A DNA stretch of 64,000 nt from Malacoraja senta (Eukaryota), in assembly GCA_038087875.1 (NCBI GenBank), contig JAXLNO010000101.1, forward strand, positions 62,001-126,000, read 5' to 3'. The notes below the pieces were generated by a model that saw nothing but the letters and a program-made list of their open reading frames with translations, did not search any database and was not told the origin of the DNA. Both the position numbers and the translations under genes were made by a program. This document shows positions 27,016-38,097 of this stretch, piece by piece (positions within the stretch are counted from its first letter, which is position 1; the number at the start of each line of letters is the position of its first letter).

Positions 27016-27210
27016 TACTTCGGAGTCACGTGAGTGACTACGTGAAGAACCCCGCCAGTGCGCGTGCGCGTCATTACGTCAGACGCCTTGTCGCAAACGG
27101 ACGTGTCAGTGGATTTGTAGTTTTTAAACTACAAGGTAAGTAAAACGTTTTTTCAGTATTTTTTCAGGTCCGTTTACTGTGGGTCTGTGGGGATTTCTTC
27201 CACAGATGCC

Positions 27211-28329
27211 ATGGAAAAAACGGCAGGGGGAAGAGGCGAGCGACACAGCCGACAAAGCCGGGAAAGTCGGGAGTCTGCGGTTAGCGACCAACCGCCTCTA
27301 AAACCCCGGTACAGTCGTCAGCGGTGAGCATAGCGACTGTGGACCTGGGGCAGTCAACGACTGTCGGGCGCAAGGCCAAGTCCGAATCCAAACGGGCAAC
27401 GGAGGAGGAGTCCCAGGAAATGGAAGCTCCAGGGCTAGATACTGCTTTTAAGCGTATTGCCCAAATGGAAAGCCTGCTACATAGGCTGTTGGAGCAAAGC
27501 ACACTCAGGCAAGAGTGTACTGAAATCCAAGCTGCTGGAAGCAGCTTAAACAGCTCCTGGTTCAGGGCTGATAGAATGCACCCTCAGGGATGAGGAGCGT
27601 GCCATGGGTCATGAGATTTCAGATCCCGATTCTGACGGTGAGGCTCTATGTGATTTGTCACAGTAGCCGTGATATAAGTGATGTACAGATGTTCCACCCC
27701 TGACAGTATGATTCGCTGCCCCGTCAGAGTCAGGAGAGCCATTAAAAGAGAATTGGCCTCCCTAATAAATTACTTGGTATCCCATCAGCTGGAACAGCAG
27801 GAAATGGATGAGAATGCAAGAAAATATGAGTTGAGTATGACTATGAGAACTCAAGAATCGAAATGGCGGAGAATATTAAAGCTGCTGGAATCTGGAATAA
27901 CTGCTTTGCCAGAATAGCGGATAAAAGCCAAGAGATGACGGAGTTGCATCAGAAAGCACTGGGGTTGCTATGCAGCACCCACTTCGAGATCAATTGTTCG
28001 AGGAAAGGTGCTATACGGCCTACTACGCATCCGGAATTCGCAGCACTCTGCAAACCAAGTAATGTACAATTACCCAACTTACTCTTTGGAGAGAATCTCG
28101 AGAGATGTGTTCAAGAGTTGGAAGATGAAGCGAAAACAGGATTGATGAAAACATCAATGGTTGTAAAGTCTGTAAAGAGAAATATCCTTTCAGACGTCAT
28201 ACGGATACTGGACAGGACCAAGTCGCTCATTAACGCAGGGACGTCGCTGGCGGTCTGCAGCGGGAGCAAGAACCAGTGAGGGTGCTTCCGGGAGAATCCA
28301 GGGAACTCAGAGTACTCAAATGACTCAAG
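27211..28329 (+). pseudogene. DIRS gag-like ORF1, fragmented (copy 2)
   Basis: ORF fragments 27324-27593, 27678-27917 and 27863-28279 are nearly identical to copy 1. Confidence 0.7.
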
Positions 28330-28378
28330 AGGTAGGTGGACCTGGTTCTCATGGGAACATACTAACTGGATTAAGTCC

Positions 28379-30322
28379 AAAAGTTGGAGGCAGATTATGT
28401 CTCTTCTATAAACAATTGGAAGATTACTTCAGATGTGGTAATTCTGAATAGTATACAAGGATTTCGAATTGAATTCAATCCAAATTATGATTTGCCTGTG
28501 CAGCATGTTCCTAGCAGAATTCTCCACTTCTTCGGCATGGACATGAACGGCCGAGATGGCCTGTTTTTCTGCTGTAATTGTCATATGGTTTGCACAAAAA
28601 GAAGTAATGGAAGTTCAAGCTGCGTTTCAAACCCTGTATATAAAAGGTGTTATGGAAGAATCAGTCTACCAAATTCACCAATTTGTGTCAAAAATATTCC
28701 CTCGATCAAAAAAGGATGGAGGATGTGGGATTATTCTAGACTTGACAAGTCTGAATCCTTTTGTTTAATTTAAACATTTTAAAAGGGAGACATGTGTGAC
28801 TGCCAAACAACTTATTTCAGAAGCATGTCATATGGCAACTATAGAATTAAAAGATACATATTCTTCAGTATCTTAAATTTACATGGATGAACCAGTTATG
28901 GCAGTTCACAGCTTTGCCTAATGGGTCAACGTCCGCTCCCAGTATATTCACACAATTATTAAAACCAATTCTGGGGTAGCTAAGAAGCCAGGGGCATGTA
29001 TTAATGGCATATTTGGATGATGTCCTGATTATAGGAAGGACAAAACAGTCAACAAAAGCATCTGTGGCAGTTGTGACATCAACTGTTGAAAGCTTGGGAT
29101 TTCTAATTCATCCAAAGAAATCAAGGTTAACACCATGTACCTCGATTGATTATTTGGGGTTCACAATTGATTCAGTCCAAATGAAAATTACTTTGCCCAG
29201 TGAAAAAAGGGTGGGGTTGATTAAAGATTGCAGTAATCTGGTAATCGAGCAAAAACCCTCAATCAGACAGGTGGCTCGAGTACTGGGAAAATTAGTAGCA
29301 GCATTCCCAGCAGTCCAATTTGGACCATTACATTATCAACAGCTGCAGAGTTAAAGAACAGGCACTGAGAATGCATGTTGGTCAATTTGATAGAACCATG
29401 CAACTAACAACAAATGCTGTTTCTGATCTGCAGTGGTGGATTGTACATGTCTCAAGCAGTTCCAGCAAAGTGCTGATTGAACAAACCTTCCATGAAATTA
29501 CAAACAGATGCCAGTACACTAGGATGGGGGTGAAACTGATTTAGCATCTAGCTGCGGAGGCAGATGCAATCAGGAAGAGTCATTGTTACTGCAGACATGG
29601 GGAGTTAACTATTTGGAGTTTTAGGATGTTTCTATGGACTCCAATGTTATTGTTCTAACACAACTAAAAGGCATGTTCAATTTCAGATTGATAAACACAA
29701 CAGCAATTGCCTATATTAATAATATGGATGAAATAAAGTCAGGGTCATGTGACAAAATGGCTAATCAACTTTGGACTGGGTGTATTGAAAAGAACATTTG
29801 GATTTCAGCTATCTATCTACCAGGTAGAATGACCACGATAGCAGACACCAGGTCACGAAAGTTCCATGATAATAAGAATGGATGTTGAATCGAGAGGTAT
29901 TCAATGATATAGTAATCAGATTTGGAATGCCCGACATTGACTTGTTTGCATCTAGACTGAATCATCAGCTATCGAGATATGTCTCATGGGAAATAGATCC
30001 AGGAGCTGTGGCGATTGATTCTTTCTCGCTACATTGGAGTGGTATGTTGTCTTATATATTTCCACTTTTCTGCCTCATAAGCCAGTGTTTGCTTAAAGTC
30101 GGGCAAGATGCTGATTCAGGTGTATTGGTAATACCAGATTGGCCTACACAGCCATGGTATCCGTTGATATTAGAATTAACAACACAAATGTTGATGAAAG
30201 TCCCAAAAAGGAGTAATTTATTGCTGCACCCTGTAACAGGGAAACAACATCCATTATATGATCATTTGGATTTGTTGATTTGCAGGTTTAAGAAGGCCTT
30301 TTCTGGGGCGAGGACTGTCTGA
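28379..30322 (+). pseudogene. DIRS pol (RT, RNase H, methyltransferase-like), copy 2
   Basis: AYLDDVLI (29004), WISAIYLPG, and DIDLFASRLNHQL...WPTQPWYP (29882-30322). Confidence 0.9.
28530..28588 (+). mobile_element. About 60-bp CR1-type tail insertion (duplicate of 14021-14079)
   Basis: Same insert at the same position as in copy 1. Confidence 0.65.
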
Positions 30323-31017
30323 GCGTACTGTGGACATGCTTACGGCAGCCTGGAGGAAGAGCACTCAAAAAACAGTACCTTTCTTATATTAAGAAATGGG
30401 AAAAGTTCTGTGTACAAAAGAATGTGCAATATTGTACTGCAGTTATTTCAAATGTTTAGAATTTCTGTCAAAACTCTATTATGATGAAGGTCTGAATTGC
30501 AGTGCAATTAAGTCAGCCATAGTGCATTGCCCTCATATTTGGTTCTGGATTCAGAAATAAACCCAATTGGGTCACACCCAATTATTTCCAGACTAATGAA
30601 AGGAATCTTTAATTCCAAACCACCGAAACATAGGTACATGACAATCTGGGATGTAAGTGTGGTACTGAAACTACTTCGTGAATGGTCACCAAGTGTGTCT
30701 TTACCTTTGGCCAAGCTCAGGATGAAAGTATTCATGCTTATGGCATGAGTGACAGCACAACGAGTGGGAACACTTGGAAAATTACAAATAGACAGTATGG
30801 AAGTAACTGAAGACAAGGTTACATTCTATATCTATGACCTATTAAAGCAAATTAGGCCAGGTGTGACAGGATTTAAAATTATGCTAACAGCATATCCAAA
30901 TGATCCTTGTCTCTGTGTTAAGACATATTTGTTACAATGCATTGTGGTCACAAAGAATTTAAGAAATACGGAAACTGGGTTGTTAATCACACACAAGAAA
31001 CCACACAAGCGAGTTTC
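30300..31017 (+). pseudogene. DIRS tyrosine recombinase N-terminal part, truncated by the L1 insertion
   Basis: IGSHPIISRLMKGIFN, TAQRV and LITHKKPHKRVS, followed directly by the poly(T) of the L1 tail. Confidence 0.85.
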
Positions 31018-31419
31018 TTTTTTTTTAATTTTTTTTATTTTTTAGAAGTACGGTAGATTACAGTAATGTACAACACGTATATATTAATACATTTTTTGTA
31101 CCGCTTCACTTTTTTAAACTTTAAGAAAGAAAAAGAAAGAAGTAAGAAAAGTGAAGAAAGTGCGCAAAGGTTGTGAAGTGCAAAAGAGTGTTGGGAAAAG
31201 AAAGCCCCTTAGAAAAGAAGTTAGAGAAGGAAGTAAAGTTAGAAAATAGACCCTAGAAAAGAAAGAGAAAAAAAGAAGGAACAATCGCTCTATTATAACT
31301 CTTATACCATACTTCATAGAGAAGGAACTACCAACCAAGTCTGTTTTTATTTTACCTCCCATTACCAGGTCCAGATACCTTTTATTTATTTATTTGTTTT
31401 TCTAAATTACTATTGCACC

Positions 31420-34400
31420 TCATGCTTGTAATAGGTCCAAAAACGTAGACCACGTCTTTTGAAATTGGTCTACTTTGCCTACTAGGAGGAATCTCATCTC
31501 TTCCAGATGTAATGTTTCCAACATATTTGATGTCCACATTTTTATTGTTGGTGTGGGCGCATTTTTCCAGAATTTAAGTATAAGCTTTTTTCCCATTATT
31601 AGCCCATAATTGAGTAAATTCTTCTGATACACGTTTAATTCAGGAATACCTTCCGATATTCCAAAAATAATCCATTCTGGTTTTGGTACCAGTTTTATTT
31701 TGATTAATTTTGAAAAAATATCAAATATTTCAAACCAGAATTTTTGGATTTTTGTACAAAAAACAAAAGAATGTGCTATGGTAGCTTCTTGACATATACA
31801 TTTATCACAGATTGGTGAGACGTTAGGAAAGATTTTATTTAGTTTGGTTTTTGAATAATATAATCTATGTAATGTTTTAAATTGGATAAGCGTATGTCGT
31901 ACGTTGATCGAGCATTTATGCACCTGTAATAAATGATTATCCCAACTCTCTTTTGAAATTTTTATACCTAGATCTTGTTTCCAATCTCTTCTAATTCCAT
32001 CTGTTGTGGGTATTTCTATATTTAAGATGATATTATATAAGTATGATATTAAATTAACTGATTCCGCCTTTGTCTTCATTGCTTCATCTAGTAAGTCGGA
32101 AGGCATATTATAATAATCTTTTGTGTGTGTTTTCAAATAGTCACAGATTTGTAGATATTTAAAATATTGATTATTTTTCAAATTATATTTCAGTTGTAGT
32201 TGTTGGAATGATAGTAATTTTTCTAATTCATACAGATCTTCGAGCGTTTTGATTCCCATTCTTTCCCATTGTATAAATGCTTTATCTATGATTGAAGGTT
32301 TAAACGATGGGTTATTGACTATTGGTATTAAGAGAGATAGGTTTCTTAATTTTAGATTCTGTTTTATTTGCTTCCATGTTCTAATAGTGCTATATATAAT
32401 TGGATTTTTATTATAATTTTTATTATTCAAATTTATTGGAGAGAGAATAATCGCTCCTATATTATTCGGGGAGCAATCCCCTTTTTCCATTATAATCCAG
32501 TCCACCTGCTGGGCAGAATTGTCCAGCAGGTGAATCATATTTTTAATATTTACTGCCCAGTTATAATACATAAAGTTAGGGAGCGCTAGACCCCCCAACT
32601 CTTTCCGTTTGTTAAGGTGTGTTCTTTGTATTCTGTGGGATTTGTAATCCCATATAAAATTTGTAATGTCTGAGTCCAGTTTTTTGAAAAACTTTTTTGG
32701 GAGATATATAGGTATTGATTGAAATAGGTAAAGGATTTGTGGTAAGAAAATCATTTTTATAGCATTTATCCTACCTATTAAGGACATCGGAAGTGTTTTC
32801 CAAAATTTAATCAGATTATTTAATTTCTTAAATAGGGGATTATAATTAGCTTTAAACATATCATGGTAATTTCTAGTAATCTCAATTCCTAAATATTTGA
32901 ATTTTTCCATAGCTATTTTAAAAGGGAATTTCCTGAGATGTGTTGAGTCTTTTGGTTTAATCGACATAATTTCACTTTTGTTCCAATTTATTCTATATCC
33001 TGAAAAGGATCCAAAGTCCTCAATTAAGTTTAATATATTTGGTATACTAATTTGTGGTTTTGTGATGTACAGTAGTACATCATCAGCATATAGGGATAGT
33101 TTGTTGTTTGAATATTTTGTGTTATAACCGTGAATATTCGAGTGTGTTCTTATTTTTTCAGCAAGGGGTTCAATTACCAAAGCAAATAACAGCGGTGATA
33201 GTGAACATCCTTGTCTGTTGCCCCTAGATAATTCGAATTTTGAAGATAATATATTATTAGTTAGTATTCTAGCCGTAGGTTTGTTATATAGTAGTTTTAT
33301 CCATGCAATAAAGTTTTCTCCCAATTGGAATTTTTGCAATACTTTGATCATATAGTCCCATTCTACTTGATCAAACGCTTTTTCTGCGTCCAGTGAGATG
33401 ATAGCTAACTCTTGGTCATAAGATTTATGTGAATGCATTATGTTAAGCAAACGTCTCAAATTATTAAATGAGTGTCTCTTAGGTATAAATCCTGTTTGAT
33501 CCTCATGTATTAGTCTACTAACATACTTGCTTAATCTATTGGCTAATGTTTTTGCTATTATTTTCTGATCCGTATTTAACAAAGCAATAGCTCTATATGA
33601 TCCTGGTTCTTCTATATTTTTATATTTTTTAAGTATTAATATGATCGTTGATTCCGCTAGTGTTTCAGGTAGGTTTTGCTCTTTATAAGCATATGTATAC
33701 ATTTTTTGTAATCGTGGAGTAACTATATCATAAAAAGATTTATAAAATTCATTACTGAATCCGTCTGGTCCTGGTGTTTTTCCATTTTTTAGTGTTTTTA
33801 TTGTGTCTTCTATCTCCTTAGAAGTAATTTGTGCTCCCAGTTCCTCTTGTTCCCTGCGTTCTAATTGTGGTAGATTACAATTATCTAAAAATTCTGAGAT
33901 TTTATTATTGTCTATTGACGTTTTAGATGTGTATAGATTCTGGTAAAATTGAGCAAATCTTTTATTAATATCCTTGGGTAGTGTTAATACTTCCCCTCTA
34001 TCTGATTTAATCTTTAATATTGCATTCTCTTTTTCCCGTTTTTTAAGTTGTCGTGCTAGAAGTTTGTGGGGTTTGTCCCCGAATTCGAAGTGTTCTTGTT
34101 TTGTGATTTGTAATAATGTTATAACTTTCTCTGACAGTAATTTATTTAACTGAAATTTCAGTAGTAGTATTTTATTATGTTTATCCATAGTTGGGTCTTT
34201 AGCATTATCTATATCTAACTGTTTTATTTGATCTTCTAAGTGTCTTTGTTCATTCTTATTCTTTTTATTTTGATAAGCTTGAAATGAAATAATGACTCCT
34301 CTTATAAATGCTTTGAAGGATTCCCATAATAACGTGGGGGATATCTCTGGTGTATCATTTAACTCAAAAAATAGATCCATCTGTTTTTTTAGATAGATAC

Positions 34401-35211
34401 TCCCTTGAGGGTCTTTTAAAATTTGTGAGTTAAACCTCCAGAACGGTTTATTCATAGACATTCCTTCTAGTTTTAGAACAAAAGTTAACGGAGAATGATC
34501 TGAGATCGCATTAATATGATATTTAGGATTCAGAGATTGCGAAATTAATTTTGTATCCACAAGAAAATAGTCTATCCGTGAATATGTTTTATGCACCATT
34601 GAATAAAACGAGTAATCCCTTCCCGTCGGGTTTGCAATCCTCCATACATCTGTTATATTTGTGTTTTCCATATATGTGTGTAAGAGTTCATTGGTTTTAG
34701 ATTTCGTCTGACCTTTTTGTTTTTGCATCGATTTATCTAAATAAGGATCTAAAACACAATTAAAATCTCCTCCGATTATAACATTTTGATAATTAGATTC
34801 TGCAATTATATTCAGAATTTTATTAAAAAATTGAGGGTTATCAAAGTTGGGCGCATATATGTTTACCAGCGTAATTGGCATATTATTGATCTCCCCTGCT
34901 ACTATAAGATATCTCCCTTCCTTATCTAAAATAGTGTTCTTTGATTTAAATGGAATTCCTTTACGAATAATAATTGCAGTACCTCTAGATTTGGAGGTAA
35001 ATGAAGAGTGAAATGTTTGGCCTATCCAGTTCGCCCTCAGTCTTGTCTGATCTTGCTGTTTAAGATGTGTTTCCTGTAGAAACGCAATGTCCGTGTTGTA
35101 TGATTTCAACTGAGCTAGTATCTTGCCCCTTTTAATAGGTTCATTAATCCCCCTTATATTCCAACTACATAATGTGATTCCTCCTATTTTCTTTTGATTG
35201 TCGTCATGCAT
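31420..35211 (-). CDS. L1 ORF2p: APE endonuclease, reverse transcriptase and CCHC-type zinc knuckle (1263 aa)
   Basis: SWNIRG, FLQETH, NIYAPN, GGDFN, SRIDYF, SDH; PGPDG, SLDAEKAFD, RQGCSLSPLLF, YADD, KYLG; CDKC..(8)..H...C. No interruptions. Confidence 0.96.
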   Translation of the reverse strand: MHDDNQKKIGGITLCSWNIRGINEPIKRGKILAQLKSYNTDIAFLQETHLKQQDQTRLRANWIGQTFHSSFTSKSRGTAIIIRKGIPFKSKNTILDKEGRYLIVAGEINNMPITLVNIYAPNFDNPQFFNKILNIIAESNYQNVIIGGDFNCVLDPYLDKSMQKQKGQTKSKTNELLHTYMENTNITDVWRIANPTGRDYSFYSMVHKTYSRIDYFLVDTKLISQSLNPKYHINAISDHSPLTFVLKLEGMSMNKPFWRFNSQILKDPQGSIYLKKQMDLFFELNDTPEISPTLLWESFKAFIRGVIISFQAYQNKKNKNEQRHLEDQIKQLDIDNAKDPTMDKHNKILLLKFQLNKLLSEKVITLLQITKQEHFEFGDKPHKLLARQLKKREKENAILKIKSDRGEVLTLPKDINKRFAQFYQNLYTSKTSIDNNKISEFLDNCNLPQLERREQEELGAQITSKEIEDTIKTLKNGKTPGPDGFSNEFYKSFYDIVTPRLQKMYTYAYKEQNLPETLAESTIILILKKYKNIEEPGSYRAIALLNTDQKIIAKTLANRLSKYVSRLIHEDQTGFIPKRHSFNNLRRLLNIMHSHKSYDQELAIISLDAEKAFDQVEWDYMIKVLQKFQLGENFIAWIKLLYNKPTARILTNNILSSKFELSRGNRQGCSLSPLLFALVIEPLAEKIRTHSNIHGYNTKYSNNKLSLYADDVLLYITKPQISIPNILNLIEDFGSFSGYRINWNKSEIMSIKPKDSTHLRKFPFKIAMEKFKYLGIEITRNYHDMFKANYNPLFKKLNNLIKFWKTLPMSLIGRINAIKMIFLPQILYLFQSIPIYLPKKFFKKLDSDITNFIWDYKSHRIQRTHLNKRKELGGLALPNFMYYNWAVNIKNMIHLLDNSAQQVDWIIMEKGDCSPNNIGAIILSPINLNNKNYNKNPIIYSTIRTWKQIKQNLKLRNLSLLIPIVNNPSFKPSIIDKAFIQWERMGIKTLEDLYELEKLLSFQQLQLKYNLKNNQYFKYLQICDYLKTHTKDYYNMPSDLLDEAMKTKAESVNLISYLYNIILNIEIPTTDGIRRDWKQDLGIKISKESWDNHLLQVHKCSINVRHTLIQFKTLHRLYYSKTKLNKIFPNVSPICDKCICQEATIAHSFVFCTKIQKFWFEIFDIFSKLIKIKLVPKPEWIIFGISEGIPELNVYQKNLLNYGLIMGKKLILKFWKNAPTPTIKMWTSNMLETLHLEEMRFLLVGKVDQFQKTWSTFLDLLQA

Positions 35212-35588
35212 TTTTACCAGTTTTAATTACCTTAATTATTGTGGTGCGTTCATACCTCCGGACTCTGGTTATTTTGGGAGTATTTCTATTATAGACTTCC
35301 TTGGTAGTTCTCCTGCGCGATTGTCCTTGAAGAAAAAACACACAGATGTGACATATTGTGATTAAAAAAAAAATATATAAATCAAATAAATTTACGGTGT
35401 CTAAAATTTCAACACCGTAGTGAGTGGCCCACTCGTCTGTGGGGTACGACATCCATAACGCTTCCGGCGTAGTTGGTATAAAGTTAGCCCCGCTGTATTT
35501 ATTACCCAAAATCTATGGGGTCATTACCGTTTCCAATTCAGTTCTATTTCACCCAGTTACAATTTATATATATGTCAAATGTATTCGA

Positions 35589-36180
35589 TTCCATATCCTA
35601 CTCACTCTTTATCTCTTAACTATTTTAAAATGAATTTAGTATTGTTAAAGTGAGCGGTTTACTGAGTGGATTAACCGGAGTCAGGTTCCTGGAATTGTGC
35701 CAGGTGCCTGATCTCCTCTCCTCTCCACGAGCTGCGAACATAGGTGATAACTGCTGTCTGCGTTATGACGCAGGCACCACAGTTTTATCAGTTTCAAATA
35801 TTATTTCTATATTAGTATTGTTAATTATTAATTATGATTAATTCTCAGCATTTTGTAAAACTATATAAGCCGTATATATTTTTCATATCAACCTCGAGTG
35901 TATATTATCTCTTAACTATTTTAAATTGGTTTTAATATTGTTAAAAATGAGCTGTTCGCTGGAAGGGTTAACGGGAGTCTGGCTCCTGGAGTTATGCCAG
36001 GTACCCGGTCTCCCCCTCCCTCCACTCTCGAGCTGCATAGCACTTGCTGTTATCTGCTAAACAGAGCAGACTGCACATTTTTTATCTATTTCAATTGCTA
36101 TTTCTATATTAGTATTGTTAATTGTTAATTATTATTAGTTCTCAGTTTTTTCAGTTTTTTATAAACAATATAAGCCATGT
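35589..36180 (-). repeat. Two diverged tandem units of about 295 bp in the L1 inter-ORF spacer
   Basis: Shared anchors tatctcttaactattttaaa (35610 and 35906), cctgg..ccaggt, gagctgc, tatttctatattagtattgttaatt and tataagcc occur in the same order. Confidence 0.85.
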
Positions 36181-36429
36181 GATGTTTTTCACTCTCAGCC
36201 CAGCAGTTCGTCCCGTGTTATCAGGTTTTCCTCGTTTGAGCACGTAGTGTCCTTGAATTACATAGCACAATGTTCCAGCGAAGATAATAATGTCTAGCCA
36301 CGTCTCACTAAGAATCTGTTGCTTGAAGTCAAATAAAAAATAAAAAATCAGTGTTCAGTTAATTCACTTTCCTTGTGATACTCTTGTTGGAAGAATAAGC
36401 AAGTTCGTTTGTTCATGTCGTCTTGGTTT

Positions 36430-37425
36430 TCAATCTCCAGTTGATGCAGCCTTAGTCGCGATTTCTTGAGCGTATTTGAGAGATTCATCCGAATTAGTGA
36501 ATGTTTTTGACACTCCCTCAAAGGTGATACGCATTCTAGCCGGATAGAACACTCCACACAAAACTCCCTTAACACCATAAAGAACTTCTCTGGTCTGTGA
36601 GAACTTTCTTCTCTTTTGCTCAATCTCATAAGGGTAGTCCCGTAGGAGTTTAATAGTATCACCTCTGTACATCATCTTCTCTCCGTGGTTGATTTTTTTC
36701 ATCAGCGCTTCCATTGTTGAGATATCCCGAAGTTTAATTATGATCTGTCGTGGGTAGGCACGTTCTCCTTGAGATCTTGATTTAAATCTGGGGAGTCGAT
36801 GTGCTACTTCAATTACAGGTACTTCTGGTAGCTTCAGTACGTGTTTAATTAGGTTGGCAGCGAACTCACAAACATTGTCCCCCTCAGTTCCCTCTTTTAC
36901 ACCACGTATTCTTATATTTTGGCGTCTTGAGCGAGCTTCTAGGTCAACACATTTATTCGAAACCTTTGTGACTTGGTTCTTGAGACTATCTATTTCTGAC
37001 TTCATAGTCTGCATCTCTCCAGCCATCACTTCCACAACAGCTTCCAAATCATTCACTGCAGATGCATTTGCAGCCACAGTTTCGTACACAGCCTCAAACA
37101 TCTTTGTGGTCTCTTCTGCCACCTTTTCAATTTTTATCGATAATCCTTTTTCCACACCTTCAATTCTTTTTTGGAGAGCCTCAATACCCTCAAGTATTTT
37201 ATCATTACCGGCCATCAATTTACTGTTCCCAGCTTCCATATCATTTTTGATATCTCTTACCGAGTTTCTTAAGTCCTCCATTTCGGCTTTCTCTTTTGCA
37301 GATCGAGTAGCCATTCCAGAGACCTCTCCAGAGGTCAGTTCTGAAGTTTCTTGCTGTTCCAGAGTCTTCAGCAGATGTTTTGAGATTTTCCTCTGTGGGC
37401 TCTGACCTGGAGATGTACTTTTCAT
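36430..37425 (-). CDS. L1 ORF1p (coiled coil, RRM and CTD; transposase-22-like), 331 aa
   Basis: Heptad-rich N-terminal half, DLEARSRRQNIRIRGVKEG, IEVAHR, PRQIIIKL, DY..E..KRRKF and YPARMRI. Lies upstream of ORF2 on the same strand. Confidence 0.93.
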   Translation of the reverse strand: MKSTSPGQSPQRKISKHLLKTLEQQETSELTSGEVSGMATRSAKEKAEMEDLRNSVRDIKNDMEAGNSKLMAGNDKILEGIEALQKRIEGVEKGLSIKIEKVAEETTKMFEAVYETVAANASAVNDLEAVVEVMAGEMQTMKSEIDSLKNQVTKVSNKCVDLEARSRRQNIRIRGVKEGTEGDNVCEFAANLIKHVLKLPEVPVIEVAHRLPRFKSRSQGERAYPRQIIIKLRDISTMEALMKKINHGEKMMYRGDTIKLLRDYPYEIEQKRRKFSQTREVLYGVKGVLCGVFYPARMRITFEGVSKTFTNSDESLKYAQEIATKAASTGD

Positions 37426-37611
37426 TTAAAATGACTTTCCCTCCGTTAAAATCGCGGCGCTTACTGATGACGTCATCAGCACCGCGACATGAAGCTCCGG
37501 TAAGTTTTTAAAAACGGTCCCGACCTCCAGACCCGATTTTAACGCGAAAAATCGCGATTTTTTCAGCGGAGCTAAAAAGTTTGCGACTGCTAGCAGAGCA
37601 TGTCGCAACCG
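37426..37611 (-). promoter_or_regulatory. L1 5' UTR, probable internal promoter
   Basis: CpG-dense. Contains CRE TGACGTCA within a 16-bp palindrome (37464-37479), an E2F-like TTTTCGCG (37543-37550, minus) and a terminal hairpin (37580-37608). Function inferred from general L1 biology. Confidence 0.55.
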
Positions 37612-38097
37612 GATTAACTTCATTATTAAAATGAATTACTGCATTTGTGCTACAAATGTTATTATGAATGCATGATTGATTATTCTCGTTCCAAGTCAAT
37701 CAATGCAGTGAGAAGCCGGGATTCATCTACGGCATGAAATCACAAAGCTTTAAAATCTTCACGTAGTCACTCACGTGCATCCGAAGTAAAATAGTAAGAT
37801 TAAACGAGAACTTACCTAAGTTTGAAGTTTGATCTTTATTTTATGAGGAGTTACGTAGGTGATTACGTGCCCGCCACGACCCTACCCTCTATCATAAAGG
37901 TCAGATGGAAGTTCTTGTATTAATCGTTTTATTATGAGACTATATTACTTCGGTTGTTGTTTTTTTGATTTCACACCGCTGCTTTGAAGATTGATGCGCA
38001 GGCGCACTGGCGGGGTTCTTCACGTAATTACCTACGTAACTCCTCATAAAATAAAGATCAAACTTCAAACTTAGGTAACTTCTCGTTTAATCTTACT

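Larger units (their letters stand above)
31018..37611 (-). mobile_element. Near full-length L1-clade LINE (about 6.6 kb) with both ORFs open
   Basis: CpG-rich 5' UTR of about 185 bp, ORF1, a 1.2-kb spacer, ORF2, a 400-bp pyrimidine-rich 3' UTR and an A-rich tail with AATAAA. Boundaries set by comparison with uninterrupted DIRS copies. Confidence 0.95.

Noticed and set aside
35204..35509. 101-aa minus-strand ORF overlapping the L1 ORF2 start, and other short antisense ORFs in the LINEs
   Set aside because: It has a non-ATG start and no recognisable motifs. The antisense frames are shadows of real coding sequence.
37455..37500. Hammerhead ribozyme suggested by CTGATGA
   Set aside because: No properly placed stem II and GAAA on either strand. 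The motif is half of a CRE-containing palindrome.
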